A stretch of 55,369 nt of DNA, counting the filler, from Sphacelaria rigidula (Eukaryota), in NCBI GenBank assembly GCA_964200075.2. It is 3 parts of 3 records of this genome, joined end to end, with 100 filler letters (N's around TTAATTAATTAA, not from the genome) between each part and the next. Parts side by side here need not be neighbours in the genome. Positions count along the whole stretch, not along the records: positions 36,984 to 55,369 come from CAXNAA020000870.1; 2 more parts are not named here. The stretch is one strand, 5' to 3'. The notes beneath the pieces were generated by a model, which was not told the DNA's origin, ran no database searches, and saw only the letters and a program-made list of their open reading frames with translations. Shown one piece after another: positions 37,341 through 50,294 of the stretch. Both the position numbers and the translations under genes were made by a program. Each line of letters begins with the position of its first letter. Position 1 is the stretch's first letter.

Positions 37341-37750
37341 TTCTCAAAGATGGTGTTGGCCAAAAAAATGAGGTTCAACTCAAAAGCGGTGCTTTCCCTG
37401 ACCCAAAGTCATGACAAATAACTCTCATGTGGTTAACCTCATCCTTCCCGACCTCCTCAGAATTATTTCGGGGGATTTCTAGCCTTCCGTTCCCTCAAAG
37501 GATACGTGCAAAAGCACGATTTTTGGGCCAAAAAAGCGTTCCTTTTTTTACCCCGAAATCAAGACAGGCCAACATGTGTTTTCGCACATACTCTTTGGGG
37601 GAATAAAAGGCTAGAAATCCCCCGAAATAATTCTCGGGAGGTCGGAAGGGATGAGGTCAACCACATGAGAGTCATTTGTCGTGACTTTAGGTCAGGGAAA
37701 GCACTACTTTTGAGCTGAGCCTCACTTTTTTTCAACCCCATTTTTGAGAA
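37341..37750. repeat. Long imperfect inverted repeat (foldback)
   Basis: Arms of about 175 bp at ~37341-37520 and ~37575-37750, e.g. agaattatttcgggggatttctagcctt / aaggctagaaatcccccgaaataattct. Confidence 0.85.
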
Positions 37751-39188
37751 CCTGTTGTTTGTGGGCCATTTTGATACTCGTCGTATGTTTCATGAGTTGA
37801 CGGCTAAAACAATATACATTTCCCACAAAACAATATCCTCAATCTATGAAAAACTAGAAGATAAGAATGACCTACAGTTGCTGTTCATGTAAGCAATCTT
37901 CAGAGCGCAACTCTCACAATTGAGCTGCTAAATCCAGATTTAGTGGGCCTCCTCGTAATATTTTTAATTTTGTATAGGACCTTATGCGCGCCATAACTCT
38001 CGAAGGCGCGGACGGGAGAGTAAACGATTTTTGTTTTTCCTTGATGAAAGGAGGAAACCCAACCCAACACTTACCCCGCAAGTGATCGCAGGCGATCGCT
38101 AGCGAGTTCGTGTGCCGATTACCCGAAGGCTCGGCTAGACCACCTCGCGGCAGTCATGTAGGCAAGGCACCTCAAGCGGTGGCTCAAGGTAGTGTGGGGG
38201 ATGCTCCCACTAAAACCCCCTGTCAACTTGGCGCAGTACACGCGCCGCCCTGCTCTTAAGAGCTTTGGTCCTAGGGAGGATCAACGAATGACGTGGATGG
38301 GAGGGTATCGATCATTTCACCATGCCCCAAGGAACTTTCACACCAACAATCAGCATAATCATTTCTGCTTCAGTATACATTTTGCGGGGTTTCGCATGGA
38401 CTCGAGTATCGAGATATCTCCGCACGTCACGGGACTACTCGACGTGGCCTTTGATCGACGAGAAAGCATGTGACTGACCTCTTGTGTAAACAGGTATCTG
38501 CCTCTTGGTTAGACGATTAACACAATGTGAGGATCACGGCCCAATTCTTCTGAGTAGATGGGAGACGGCTGCGGCAGTTCGAACCCGCCCTCGGGCTAGC
38601 CCAGCTCGTTGTGCCCTACGTTGTGTACCGTAAACCACCACGCATGGGAAGGCTGTTACGCTGTCTGCGCACAACAGGCAGATACACGAATGCTCTCACG
38701 TTGGGTACTACAATCGTCGCAGCACACCATGTCTACATTCAGTGCAGCCGTGTGCTGTGTGCAGTATCGGGAATGTGAAAGCGTCGAACAGCACAACCGT
38801 ACTGAAATCTAGAAAAGAAAGAGAAACTAGTCCGGTGCATAGATTCTCGAAACAAGTCTGGGTGTTTTCATTTTCTCATTCTGTATACAATATGCTGTTT
38901 ACGCCGGTACGAGCTGCAGTGCCAATCGAGGTATTGACCGTGTCTCCATATATTTTTCTCTGCATGTGCCAGCACCATCACTGCATGGATGAAAGATGGG
39001 CGTCATGGTTGACCTTTACTCTACATTATACATGCGTTGTAACTTCGTCGAGTGGGGTGATAGATGAGGTGGCCCTAACAAGCAAACCCACACATGAACC
39101 CATGCAAGTTACGGGTGTGTACGGGGCTTGACTGTCTGTACTGCACACACACTATACTGCAATGCCCTTTTGGCTTCACTGTCTGAAC

Positions 39189-39280
39189 CGGAGAGAGACG
39201 GGTTGATCCCTTGAAACCACGGGCTCATCCCGAGGAAGGGGAGGGGTTCAAAGTGTGAGGAAAAAGAAAAAAAGAAAAAA
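39189..39280 (+). mobile_element. SINE 3' fragment
   Basis: ggttgatcccttgaaaccacgg...gaggaaggggaggggttcaaagtgtg followed by an A-rich tail; matches the 3' end of 51523-51810. Confidence 0.65.
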
Positions 39281-40749
39281 TATATATTAGAGAAATATAG
39301 GATCGCGACCAATCCTATAGAACTATCCATACCACCAGGTATCACAGCGCGTAGTGCTGTTGTGGTTGGTGAGCATCCTTTAGTCTCGTAGATGGTACCC
39401 AGCCTGCTAGGTCACAGTGCGCACCGCAGTCGACATGTCCGTACGGCTGTACCTATGTTCGAGTTTCCATGTTCGCTCGGCTAGCCAGGTGCTAAAGCGA
39501 AAACTGATGCGTTCCATTACAGGATAAGGGTTCAAATCACCGTCTCGTGAAAGGGAAGGGTTGGTGAGTAGTGTTTGTGCGGGAAAGTAATGCTCACCTG
39601 CTTTTGCGTTCTCGATATCATCATGTTGAATGTGGACGTTATTCGGTTCATTACATTGTACTGTACAGTATTTCAGGAGTGTACTGTCATTTGTTCAATC
39701 CACTCAGTCTACCAATGACTTGTTCTCCCGTATTTTGCGCGAAGCCATCAGAGCTTTGACAGTCGCCCCCGGGTCTTCCTTGGGCGTCGATCTACCACCT
39801 ACATCACCATGATACTCTCTTGCGGTGTTGTGTGGGCCTGCACTGCTGTAGTAGAAACGCTACAGCTGGCGCCGCGAACATTTTGTCGTTGTTAAGCTAT
39901 TGCGGGGCGAAGAGTCACTACTGTCTGCAAGAAAGCCCATGCACACCTGATAGTCGGAGCATGTATGACGATCTTATACACCAGGCGAAGAACAGAAACC
40001 CAAACACACCCAACGGTCTGTGTTTTATCCTAGTCGTAGGTTTTCCGAGTCTGAGGAGGAAATACGGGTAGCGCGCCAAAGTGCGGCCTTCGTTGCTGCT
40101 GCTGTTGCACCGCGCCACGCGAGCACCAAAATGTCTCCCTGACCCACACCAAAGGTACGTGAGCATTACACATGCCCCATAGTGCTCAGCAGAAACAATT
40201 TTGTTGCCAACAGAGCGTCCCGCAGCGGAAGATACCGTTGCTAATGAAAACCGTTTCAAACTCTTTTTGTTATTGTGAGCTGAAAGTATCAAGTTCCTCT
40301 AGCTTCTGGACGAAACCCGGGTTGAGATTTGGGGAAGCGGGGGCGATCTCGATCGAGGTCTTCGTTTCAAACGTTGGTACATGGATGAGTTGATTGATTG
40401 TCAGACATTGACTTACTGATCCCCGAGGGATATAGCTGTGGTCCCGAGATGGACGTGCCCCAGATGGACAGAACGGAAACATTTTCTTCAGCCAACTCGA
40501 CAAAGGGAGAACTCACACAAAAAATAAGAAAAACGATAGATGAGAAAGAAGGGGCGGAGAAACTGAGCAAAAACGAGAGACCAAAAAACGATAGAAAAAA
40601 AATGGGGAAAAAAGCATCAAGGAAAAAGGAACAATGAATAAGAATAGTCGGTCCCGATGAAACTATGACAAAATGACGAATACAAGGAAACAAGAGAGAC
40701 GAAGGAAGGAACGGAACACGAAGATCACGCAAAACGTGTGTGCGAACAC

Positions 40750-42330
40750 AGGTAGGAACATCGCCAAGTTTTCATTCAAGCCAAGGAAGGGAGCTAACAA
40801 CCGATACGAGAAGACAGTACATCGATTTCTTGTTACCCTTGACTCTCCTACCCATTCCTCGTCGGGTACAAAGCGAGTCACCCCCTCGACCATTTCTATC
40901 CTGGATTCCTTGGAAGCCATCTTTATCGTTGTTGTGTCAGCGAGTACGACTCTCCCCCGTTGGCGGTTCTCAGCGCAGCAGCCTCTCGTCTGTGGCGAAG
41001 GTTCGATCGGAATTTGTCTTCACGTCGCCACGGTCTCCTAGAACCTCTTCACCTCCTTCTCGATCCCCAGGTACCCTGTTTCCACGTTCTTAGCGGCAGT
41101 GGCCTAGTCGTGTGAGTCTTTCACCTCCATACCGTAGACGAACCATGTCCTGCGCCCTCCGTCATGTGGGACAACCCCTAGCGCACGCAGGTCCTCCTGA
41201 CACGACCTCCACAGTTTCTGGAGGGCCGGTCGACCTCCTTGGGCTCTCGTGTGGCCAACCGCCCATCATGATGCGCTTTGGAAAACATGTGACGTCCGGC
41301 CGAACAAGGGCTGAACCGGAGTTAACGCTTGCGGATGGTCGTCTCGTGCACAGCTTTATACCTGAGAGGCTTGTGTCCGGTGCAGCCCTCCCTGCGAAGG
41401 CCAATTTTTCGCCGTAACAGCTTTTGGTGAGCAGTGCGGAGGTTTCGGAGTCCTCTGAGCGCAGGGTCCAACGCAGCATATCTATACGGCATAGGTTTCA
41501 CCACCTCCGCTTAGAGCAACCGGACTGTCAGAGAAAGTTCGGCGGCGGACCGATCGTGTAGTTGCGAACTACTTTTTCGGGGGCGTGGAAAGGCAGCGCT
41601 GATGCGGCGCTTCGTTCCGATGGAAACATTTGCGTCCGCACTGACAGCGTCACCAAGGGAGACAAACTCGACCATCTGCTTGTACCGTTGACCTGTCGCC
41701 TTGACGTGCAGTGTGGCCTCTAGGGAGTTGGCTACTGACCACAGGCGCATGACCTCTGTCTTGTTCCCCCAATACCATTAGGTCGAAGTCCTGACAGGCC
41801 GCTACTATCACAGCCATCATCCTAGTAGGTCCGTCCGGGAACCTCGACGCTGTGCCTACGGCATTCCCCATACCGCGCGTTGCACCCTCTTTAGCGGCGT
41901 CTCTTCCAGGGGCTAGTACACCTCACTTTATGGTGCATCTTCTAGATGCGCCACGTTGGGATGATGACCGGATCTTCCGCGAAACGCTGTAGGATTACGT
42001 CAGTCAAGATCGCGCCGAAGGTGCTAGACAGTAACGGGGACGAATAGCATCCTTTTTCAAGTGCCTGACAGACCTAGAACCACTCTGATATTTTGCCATC
42101 GCCCAATTGTACCCAAGCTCTCATGCCATCGTGGGACACACGGGTGACCTTGTTCACCCGCGGAGGGACTCCGAAACGGACAAGCACCACTCCCCACAGG
42201 AGCGTACGGTCGACGGGGTCGTGCACACTTTCTGCATGTATGACAGATTACGCCCTGGGGTTGTGATTCCCTACAACAAATCCTTACCCAGTCCTAAATT
42301 CTCGCATGTACACCCTACTGCGCCGATCGA
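40750..42330 (-). mobile_element. Heavily decayed RTE-clade LINE (RT domain to C-terminus)
   Basis: Minus-strand fragments HDGMRAWVQLGDGKISEWF, KATGQRYKQMVEFVSLG and LRTAHQKLL parallel the RTE relic at 29454-30480. Many stops and frameshifts; boundaries approximate. Confidence 0.75.
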
Positions 42331-43596
42331 ATGGTTGGCCTTGACTCGACTTATTCACTAGCACATACCGAATCATTCTCTCCAGCAGTAAGGCAGAATG
42401 GTGTCGGTTTTCGCCTAACGATAAGGCGGAACGAAGTCCAGGCACACACAAAAACTAGGGCATCCAAATCTTGACCGAACGCACTCAGTATCAATATCGG
42501 GCAAACCGCCAAAACTGCACGGTTTCGGTGCCTTTGGTATCTACGACCAATGTGACAAACCAGAACGATGCTTGGTGCTACAGGCTTCCCACCAGTATCA
42601 TTACTGTGCATATTAGACCGCAATAGCTGTATCCACACCAGAAAAGTGTGAGGGTGGATGGTGGGCTGACATGTGTCATATCCAGCACTTGTGAAATTCC
42701 CCCGGAGAAAAAACATGCCGAGTTATACCTCTATCGAAGAAAAATCGTTAAAATCGTCGACACCTACCCAGATTGCACCACTGCTGTGCATAAAATAAGT
42801 AGCAGCGCTGTTCTTTAGGGGTGCCAACTTTCCAAATTTTCACGTGGGAACCGAAAATCACCATGAAGAACAAGTCGTGCCCATTTGCAAACTCGAAAAA
42901 AACCCACCATATCTGCAGCCCTGGCAGGAGCTCCTCGGGGATATGAACGGTTCCACTCCTGATTTTTAGTGTGACGTTCGACGTTTTTTTCCCGTATTGA
43001 CTCATTTTTTTTTTCCCCACCCTTTTTCCTGCCTGGGATGTCCCTCGGTTGGTATTTTCGTTCTACTTACCTTGAGTATGTCTCAATTGCGACCACGGCC
43101 GGGTTCGTAACACGCCAGCTGATATAAGGTAATTAATAAATCAATGAACAAATATCGTTCGACTATGTTAAACCAACACAAAGAATCCACGAGTGAACCA
43201 CTCAAGCCAACGCCCAAAGGCACACATTTTATTGGAAAATTAGGGAGTTTTCGTGCGCAATGAGCTTACAGTCAAAGGCGCCGCGGGTCATGGCTCGTCA
43301 CGACGGAAAGCTGCCTGTTTGCCTTCCAAAAAGCGGTTGATGCGTGCGTCTTCTGCACGCTGCATGATACGTACGCCCACGTGGACATGGCCTCCGGATT
43401 CAGCTTCTTCAGCAACTCGACATGTTTTGCTTGTTTAGGTGAACCCAGGGGACACTGAGAAACAGAACGAGCACAGCAACGGAACTGCTGAATCACCCGT
43501 CAGATCGCAACCGATTGGAGGTTGTTACGCTATAATAAGTGTAACGCTTAAAAGCATCCCATTGATTTGCAGAATGCACACGCGCGCGCGCGCGCA

Positions 43597-43632
<36 letters not shown>

Positions 43633-43840
43633 GGTGGACTAACCTGAAGCGGACGAGGTTGTTCATATACCGGTACCCTTGCATAATAATATATGCCACG
43701 TTACATGATTATTTTCTATTTGTCGTGATCCAGTGGAAAAAATTGAAAGCCTTGCTTCTCGCATGATTTTGATAGAGCTTCGCGATCAGCTTTCACCCAA
43801 AAAATAACATCGTGGGCCGAACTCGCGTGCGACGCCACAG

Positions 43841-46800
43841 GTCATGCGGCGGCGGTGTTCAAGAACAAGCTTTGGGTCGTCGGAGGCACTGGCGAGGAGT
43901 ACCAAACGTACAACCTCAAGTACCAAAATCGCCGCGGAGACGTGTGGAGTTCCACGGATGGAACCTCCTGGGATCAGAACGAAGGCCTGACGGGTGACTT
44001 CCACCTGCAAAACTATGGAGCGATGGACTCAGGATCGCTGGCGCCTTGGTACGCGCGGTTTGGACACACGCTGGACGTTTTCAACGTGACCGACTTCGAC
44101 GGCGTGGAGACCGAGATCATGGTTCTCACAGGGGGATACACGCCAGATCCCGACAACGACGTGTGGATCACAGAGGATGGGAGTGAGCGAGAAGATGGTT
44201 GATGGTTCAGTTTTGCTTGTTTTGAATATCGGCCAGGCATGAGGCGATGAAATTGCATCATGCTTGCCGAAAAGACGGGTACTTTCTGCTCGCTACTCGT
44301 ACAGAGAGCCTTCTCCTGCATACTAGCGAGAGTAAAACGTGGTGTAATGTCCCCAAGTGGAAAGTGCGCAGCACCAGCTTTCCCGACACCTTTGATTTTT
44401 CTCTCGTGCCATCTTCGCTGTAATGCACAGGCTGCTGGAACTTCACGGGTAACGCCAATTGGACAGGCCGTGGTTGGCATGAAAGCGCAGTGTTCATGAA
44501 TCGGTGAGTGATGACTTATTGATATTTTTCCCCACCATACGTGCTGCTTCCTTCGACCCAACGTCTGTGCCACTACTCGTCCGGCCATACAACAAGCAGC
44601 CCGGTGTAAGAGAGACGCGTAGTACATGACTTTGACCACATCTCGTCAGGACGAAGCAACATTTCGCAAAAACAAAATGGCGTGCGGGTAATCAATTCTG
44701 TGGAGATCAGGCTATTCATCATCGGTGGATCCCCGCTCAGCAACGACGTATGGGCAGGAAACCTCGCGCAGAACTCGGCTGGAAAATGGAGTTTCACGTG
44801 GGAGTCCATGGCAAGCGGCGACAACGTTCCCTTTTCGCCTAGAGCAGGGCTAGGTAAGGGCCGAGGGTCGAGGTTCGGCGTGCCCATGAGGTTCAGTACT
44901 CGATGATGCACGAAACAGCTGGCACCGGTACAACGAGTGCGTCGTCCACAGTGATCGGTCATGAACGTTCCCACGAGTTTACATGGTTGTGCGACACGAT
45001 GGCTGTTTGTAGCTATGTGACCAGCTGCATGCACTTATCTCTTTCATTTGTTGTCCAAGGGCAGACGCACCTGCCAAACGTGTGTCGGAGATGCCAAAAA
45101 ATGGTGCCTAGTTTTTCGTCGACGGTGTATGAATCACACACGAAAAAAGACATACAGTACTGTAGCAACGATGAACCAGGCAAATGCGTCGACATGAAAT
45201 CAATTCTTCGTCGCGCTCGCTTGTTATTTTTCGTGCCCCCCTCCCCTTTCCCCTCTTCCTCGAAACCCCTACAGCCGCCGCTGTGATCCAGCGGCCGATG
45301 ATCGAGAGCTCATCGGGAGCTCTCACATATAACGACACATTGTTTGTGATGGGAGGCTTCGGGGGATGGCCGGAAAACAATCCCAGCCACGACGGAATGC
45401 GATGTCGGAACGACGTCTACAAAACTAAGGACGGTGGTAAGCAGGAAGCAGGCTTTCCGTGTGAAGTACGTGTGTGGCGATCCTCTGTCTGCCCGTCCTT
45501 CCTTGGGCTGGGAGTAGAGCAAACAACATGCCGGCAGAAGCAAAATGCATGCCAACGTGAACGAGTCTCTTGCGTCACACGCTGCAGAAATATACCTGTA
45601 CACTGTACGTATATGTTTGCGCGAACGCATTGTAGGGGCCTCCGTGTATGCTCCGCGGCACACTCCTTGTTGCTGGTGCACCCATGCCCACGGTGTGCGC
45701 TCGTACAACGTCGGCGCGCAGTCCATGGACTCACCAGAAGTGGTGCGTGAGCGAGAGAGAGAGAGAGAGAGAGAGATCTCACTTCTCAGTATGACCCCCA
45801 CGTGCGCTGGTGCTATCTATGCGAGTGAGGTAGCAAATTCAGATTCAGCGTCGTTCGATGAAGAAGAAAGTAATCAAGGTTGCGATAATGCCCCACTTGG
45901 GAAAGTGCTGCAATGTTCATGCCACGCCCCCCTAGCGAAACGTGCACACTTCCTTATTCTTACCGTTTCATTGAGAGAGTGCTTTATTCACCTCGGGGAA
46001 CGTCACGTCTTTATTTGTGATCACTGCTCGATTCGTAGCGAATTTGTTTATGTTACTGTGCGACAAGCGATTCATTAACCACTCTACCACGATAGATCAG
46101 ATGTTGACACCCCAACACGCCGACAATGCAGTCCGCCCTCAAGATGACGAGGGTTTTGATTCTGCCGAGAGCATTGGAAACAGGATATAGCTAAAAAGCA
46201 GCCACACTGCTTGTGCATATCCTTGTAAAAGCGCCAGATATCACCACTCGTAATCCAGCCACGTCCGATATCCCGCACTTGATATCGCTCTATCGGAATG
46301 GTCTAGTTGAATGGTCAGTGGTGACCAAAAGCGCTGCGTGGGAAGCTCGAGGTTGGTTCGATGTTGCGACGCTGGCGAAAGTCTCCGATCCCTACTCAGA
46401 CGTTACGCCTTCTTCGGAATATCGCACCATATCGGGAAACGGCCCGAGAATGTGGTTGGCCGGCGGCGGGTACATGGGGCAGAGGGGCAACAGTATTGTG
46501 TCCAAGATGATCGGCTATGTGGACATGTGGTTCAGTTCGGATGGTGCGACGTGGCATCAGGTGGGTGGCCGCGTGCACGCATGAATGCACACGAGGGTGA
46601 ACTGACGACTGACCCTCGTATCCCACGAGAGTAGCCTAGGGTTTATTGTCGATCTTGCGCTTTCTGCGCGGCCGGGAAGCTGTGTTGGAGTGAGGAAGGG
46701 TTATTATTTTCACCGGTCCGCCAGCAAAAAGGATACACAGACGCATCGTAAGCTTGAACCACAACCCAGCGCCCAGCAATCTAACGCAGGTTCCGTGTAG

Positions 46801-48578
46801 ACCGCAACGATATCGAAATCCCATGTATGCGGTGTTGAGCGGAAATGTGAGATATATGCTCGCCTTTGGAGCTCATGTTTCTGCAGTTTTGCAGTGAAAT
46901 TGTTGAACAATTAGGAAAAGGGATAAAAATGAAATAATGAATGTTTTCTCCCACATTTGCCTGCCGCCACCAAACTAATTAGGTCGCCCGTATCCTCATC
47001 TCGAACACGACATACTCGTCGTCCCATGACTGAAGGTGAATTACGAAGAAGGATCGGGGTCGAACCTGTACTCCAGTATGGAGTGGGCACTGACAGAAGT
47101 AGACAACGCCGACATTTATCTGGGCAAGTGGGGACATCGATTGCTGCCATGGACAAAAGAGACTGATGAGGGAGAGATGGAGCCCGCGCTGTACTTTTTG
47201 GCAGGCGACGCTGCTGGTGACGGATCTTTCGTCAGCGATGTGTTCGTCAGCACCGAAACGCGTGAGTACAACAACATGCCGTATCAGACACCGTCAAAAG
47301 CCGAACGTATGACATTTGCAACGTACAGGCGTTACCTAGTAGTGGCCGCGAATCTCGTTTATCTTACTCTTCTTCGACAAAGCCGGCACTTATGATCATC
47401 ATTCATGAGCCAAACCCTTTGCATTCTGCGCCAACGCGGCACACAGCCAGTTTTCTCGGGAGTCATACCCCCGACAACCTCCAAATCGGCAAAACAGGAA
47501 GAGGGGGAGAGTTGCTACGCATAAAACTAAGTTTTCCCTTGCAAATCGCGGGTGTACTAAGTGTTCATCTAGAAAAGTAAGAAAAGCGAATGCCTGGGCG
47601 CTGTCGGGGCAGTGAGAAATGTTTGCTTGGCTTGAAAACGACTGTAAACAACTCCCTTTTTGTCCAAAACGTTACATTTGATACCTGGGTGCTGCCTGAA
47701 CTATTAAAAATGTGTGTTTGGCTTGGTGGCAGCTGCGAGATCTCCGAATTTGGGCCAGACAAACAACCGTAAAATACACCTTATGTGACCTAATAACAAC
47801 TGTACATTCTCTGTATTTAGCCCAAACCATTCGGCGGGGGGTGGGGGGCGGAGGGAGGGACGGAACGGATTCTGGTAGAAAAGTTGCAAGCCCCCCTGTT
47901 CCACGCATCGCACGTGGTATTTTATGCTAACACACGCTAATTCTACTCGTGTCACGGGATATAATGTTCAAACCCGCTGCGCGGGTAAAAAAGCGCAAGA
48001 CGGCAGAGTGATTACTGTGCGGTTCACTATATCGCAGAGAAAAATACGGCACTACGTGTACAACATCGCCCTACTCGTACTCAAATCCCATCGCACGCGA
48101 CATACTCGGTAACAAGCGGGGAACCTTGAAATGAGAACACCAAGCTAGCTACCATGGTGAGGGCTGTGAATGTCGTCCACCCGATGCCGGCTGCTTGATC
48201 CGCAAAAAGATTGCAATTAACTTCACATCTTAAGTGACGTTGCAGAATGAAAGCGCCAGAAACCTGAAGCAAAACACCATGTTTTTGCCAGTCGTACCGC
48301 TGAAGGATACACACCCCCGCTCGTCCACCTTGATGTGAGCAGTATTTTGCTCGTTGGAGGGTATCGTCTGTGGCGGCGTGGGAACGTGCACGGACTACGG
48401 GTGCACCTGTACGACGACTGAGGGAGACTTTTGCACCGTTGGTGACTCCGACTCTCAGTCGGCCGCCACACGATCCGCACCGTTCGGTGGTTTCTCGTCG
48501 CCCTCAGTAACGGTAGCGGTGTCGACGCTTGCTGCTTCCGCATTGCTGGCGACACAACGGACCCCAAGACCACAGTGA
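43841..48578 (+). CDS. Kelch/beta-propeller repeat protein with a C-terminal EGF-like module and a putative GPI-anchor-like tail; 5' exons not resolved
   Basis: Phase-consistent exons 43841-44182, 44431-44503, 44711-44853, 45275-45436, 46307-46560, 47036-47261, 48343-48578. Kelch-like blades GHAAAVFKNKLWVVGG...DVWSSTDG, PWYARFGH...MVLTGG...NDVWITEDG, RLFIIGG, LFVMGG...NDVYKTKDG, MWLAGG...DMWFSSDG. Last exon has CSLEGIVCGGVGTCTDYGCTC...C, a Ser/Thr-rich spacer and a hydrophobic end. 43439-43520 is a possible upstream exon. Confidence 0.85.
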
Positions 48579-49208
48579 AGGACGTAGGTCTCCACCGAAT
48601 TCGCTGCGTTGATTTGAGAGAAGAGTATCGAGCGTCGTCCGTTCGTTCGTTGCATGAAGCGCGCACACGGCACACGCCGGAATGATTTTGTAATATGGCA
48701 GTTGAGTGTCTAACAAATAAAAATAAAAATCATTGTTCTTGCTCCACAGGAGCGGGGTGCCGACCCGTACTGATAGCAGGAGGGCGCGCATCTATTGCAT
48801 CGCTGCGTGCCTCTTTCACTGCATCCTTTCAACACGCAGTTGTAAGACAGAGAAAAGAGGAAATCGGAACACAGCTGACAATACTGCGGCGTTTTCCCGC
48901 GGTTTTCTCTCGGGACGCTTGCTCAAGTTCCCGTTCCAATACTTTCGGTGGAGGACCGCGTGTTCTACAGGAGGACTGATCCGGCATTATTATAGGAGTG
49001 GGATATCGCTTCCCCACTACATCTCACAGCAGTACGAATCAAAATAGGCGGTTCAAGTCATTCCAGGCTTCCCTTGTCTCAGTTTTATTCGATGCCACAT
49101 CACTGCACGCGAGTCTGACGAGCGATTCTGAGGAAAGCGGCGTCATTGTTGGTTCAGGCCCGGCCGGGTAGTTCGTAAGAGAGCGGCGCCTTAATACCGA
49201 CAATATGC

Positions 49209-49465
49209 GAGCAAGGTTACGGTAGGGGTGCACTTTTTTCGCGAAATTATGTCTAGTTCAGGGGCTCCTAACGATTCAAGATGCAAAAAAATATGGGTCA
49301 GGACATTCCCGTTTGCAAATTCATTCGGGATATCCCCAGCACATTGGAGTAGTATTCCTGGCCTACTCTCACATATTTTCATAGGTCGCATTTTGCATGA
49401 GATAAAGCGCTCCTAACAATTCAAACCTCAGGAAATATTTGTGCACCCCTACCGTAGCATCACTC
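49209..49465. mobile_element. Sola2-like MITE
   Basis: TIR GAGCAAGGTTACGGTAGGGGTGCAC / GTGCACCCCTACCGTAGCATCACTC with a perfect 4-bp TSD ATGC (49205-49208 and 49466-49469). Confidence 0.8.
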
Positions 49466-50294
49466 ATGCGCAGACAGCGCCCGATTTTTTTCTCGTCTTG
49501 AAATGAAAATAGAATCGTGAGAGTTCAGTATGGCCCCAGCGTACCAATATCGTGTTTGGACGCCATCGTACGTCCAGGAGGATAAAGACATCTACTTGAC
49601 GGGCGGAAAATCCTTCGGCAACCATGTCCCATAATGTACACACACGCCCACACGAGGATCATCAGCGATGTCCACTGCATTGGATACCACATCTCCACAA
49701 CTGCATCGCGAAGTGGATGGAGCATAAACACCGATCCTGTGATGACCAACAACACCTGTGGTGATTACACCGTGCTGCGAAATACATGACTCCGTGAAAA
49801 CGGTAACCGTGTTCAACTTTTCTCCACTTCTTTCGTTACGTGTGTACAACATGTGACCCTTACACGTACGGCTATATGTACTTCTTGTACCCCCAGTTCC
49901 ACATATGTGGGCCCCATTGTACGATCTCCTTTTTCCTCCACGAATCATCATTTCGTGTTCCTTTTCACAGACGGTTGCGAAAAGGCCAAAAATCGTCACT
50001 GGGACGTCTGTGTTCCACGGTAATAACAGCGTCACCACATACGCGACAACTTGCACGCGTCGAATTTCTGAACTCCCACTGCGGGCAAGACCTTTCACGT
50101 CCCTCTGCCATACTCTCCATTTGCAGTCTGGTTGTGACACACGGCGGTGAACTCTCGCCGCACGGCACATAAACGCGCATCTACGTAATTACACATGCTA
50201 ATGACTGACACCGTGGCTCTTAATATAGAGTGCTGTAGTCGCTGCATTCCCCCTCACATTACAGGCGACAGAGTAAAAACCATGGTGGAAAATA

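Noticed and set aside
38570-38610. gttcgaacccg (tRNA T-loop-like) next to a TA-1-like half TIR (gctagcccagctcg)
   Set aside because: No cloverleaf or A box, and no partner TIR or TA TSD found.
40300-40380. Possible upstream exon of the kelch gene (LLDETRVEIWGSGGDLDRG)
   Set aside because: Splice sites are plausible but I could not link it in phase to the rest of the model.
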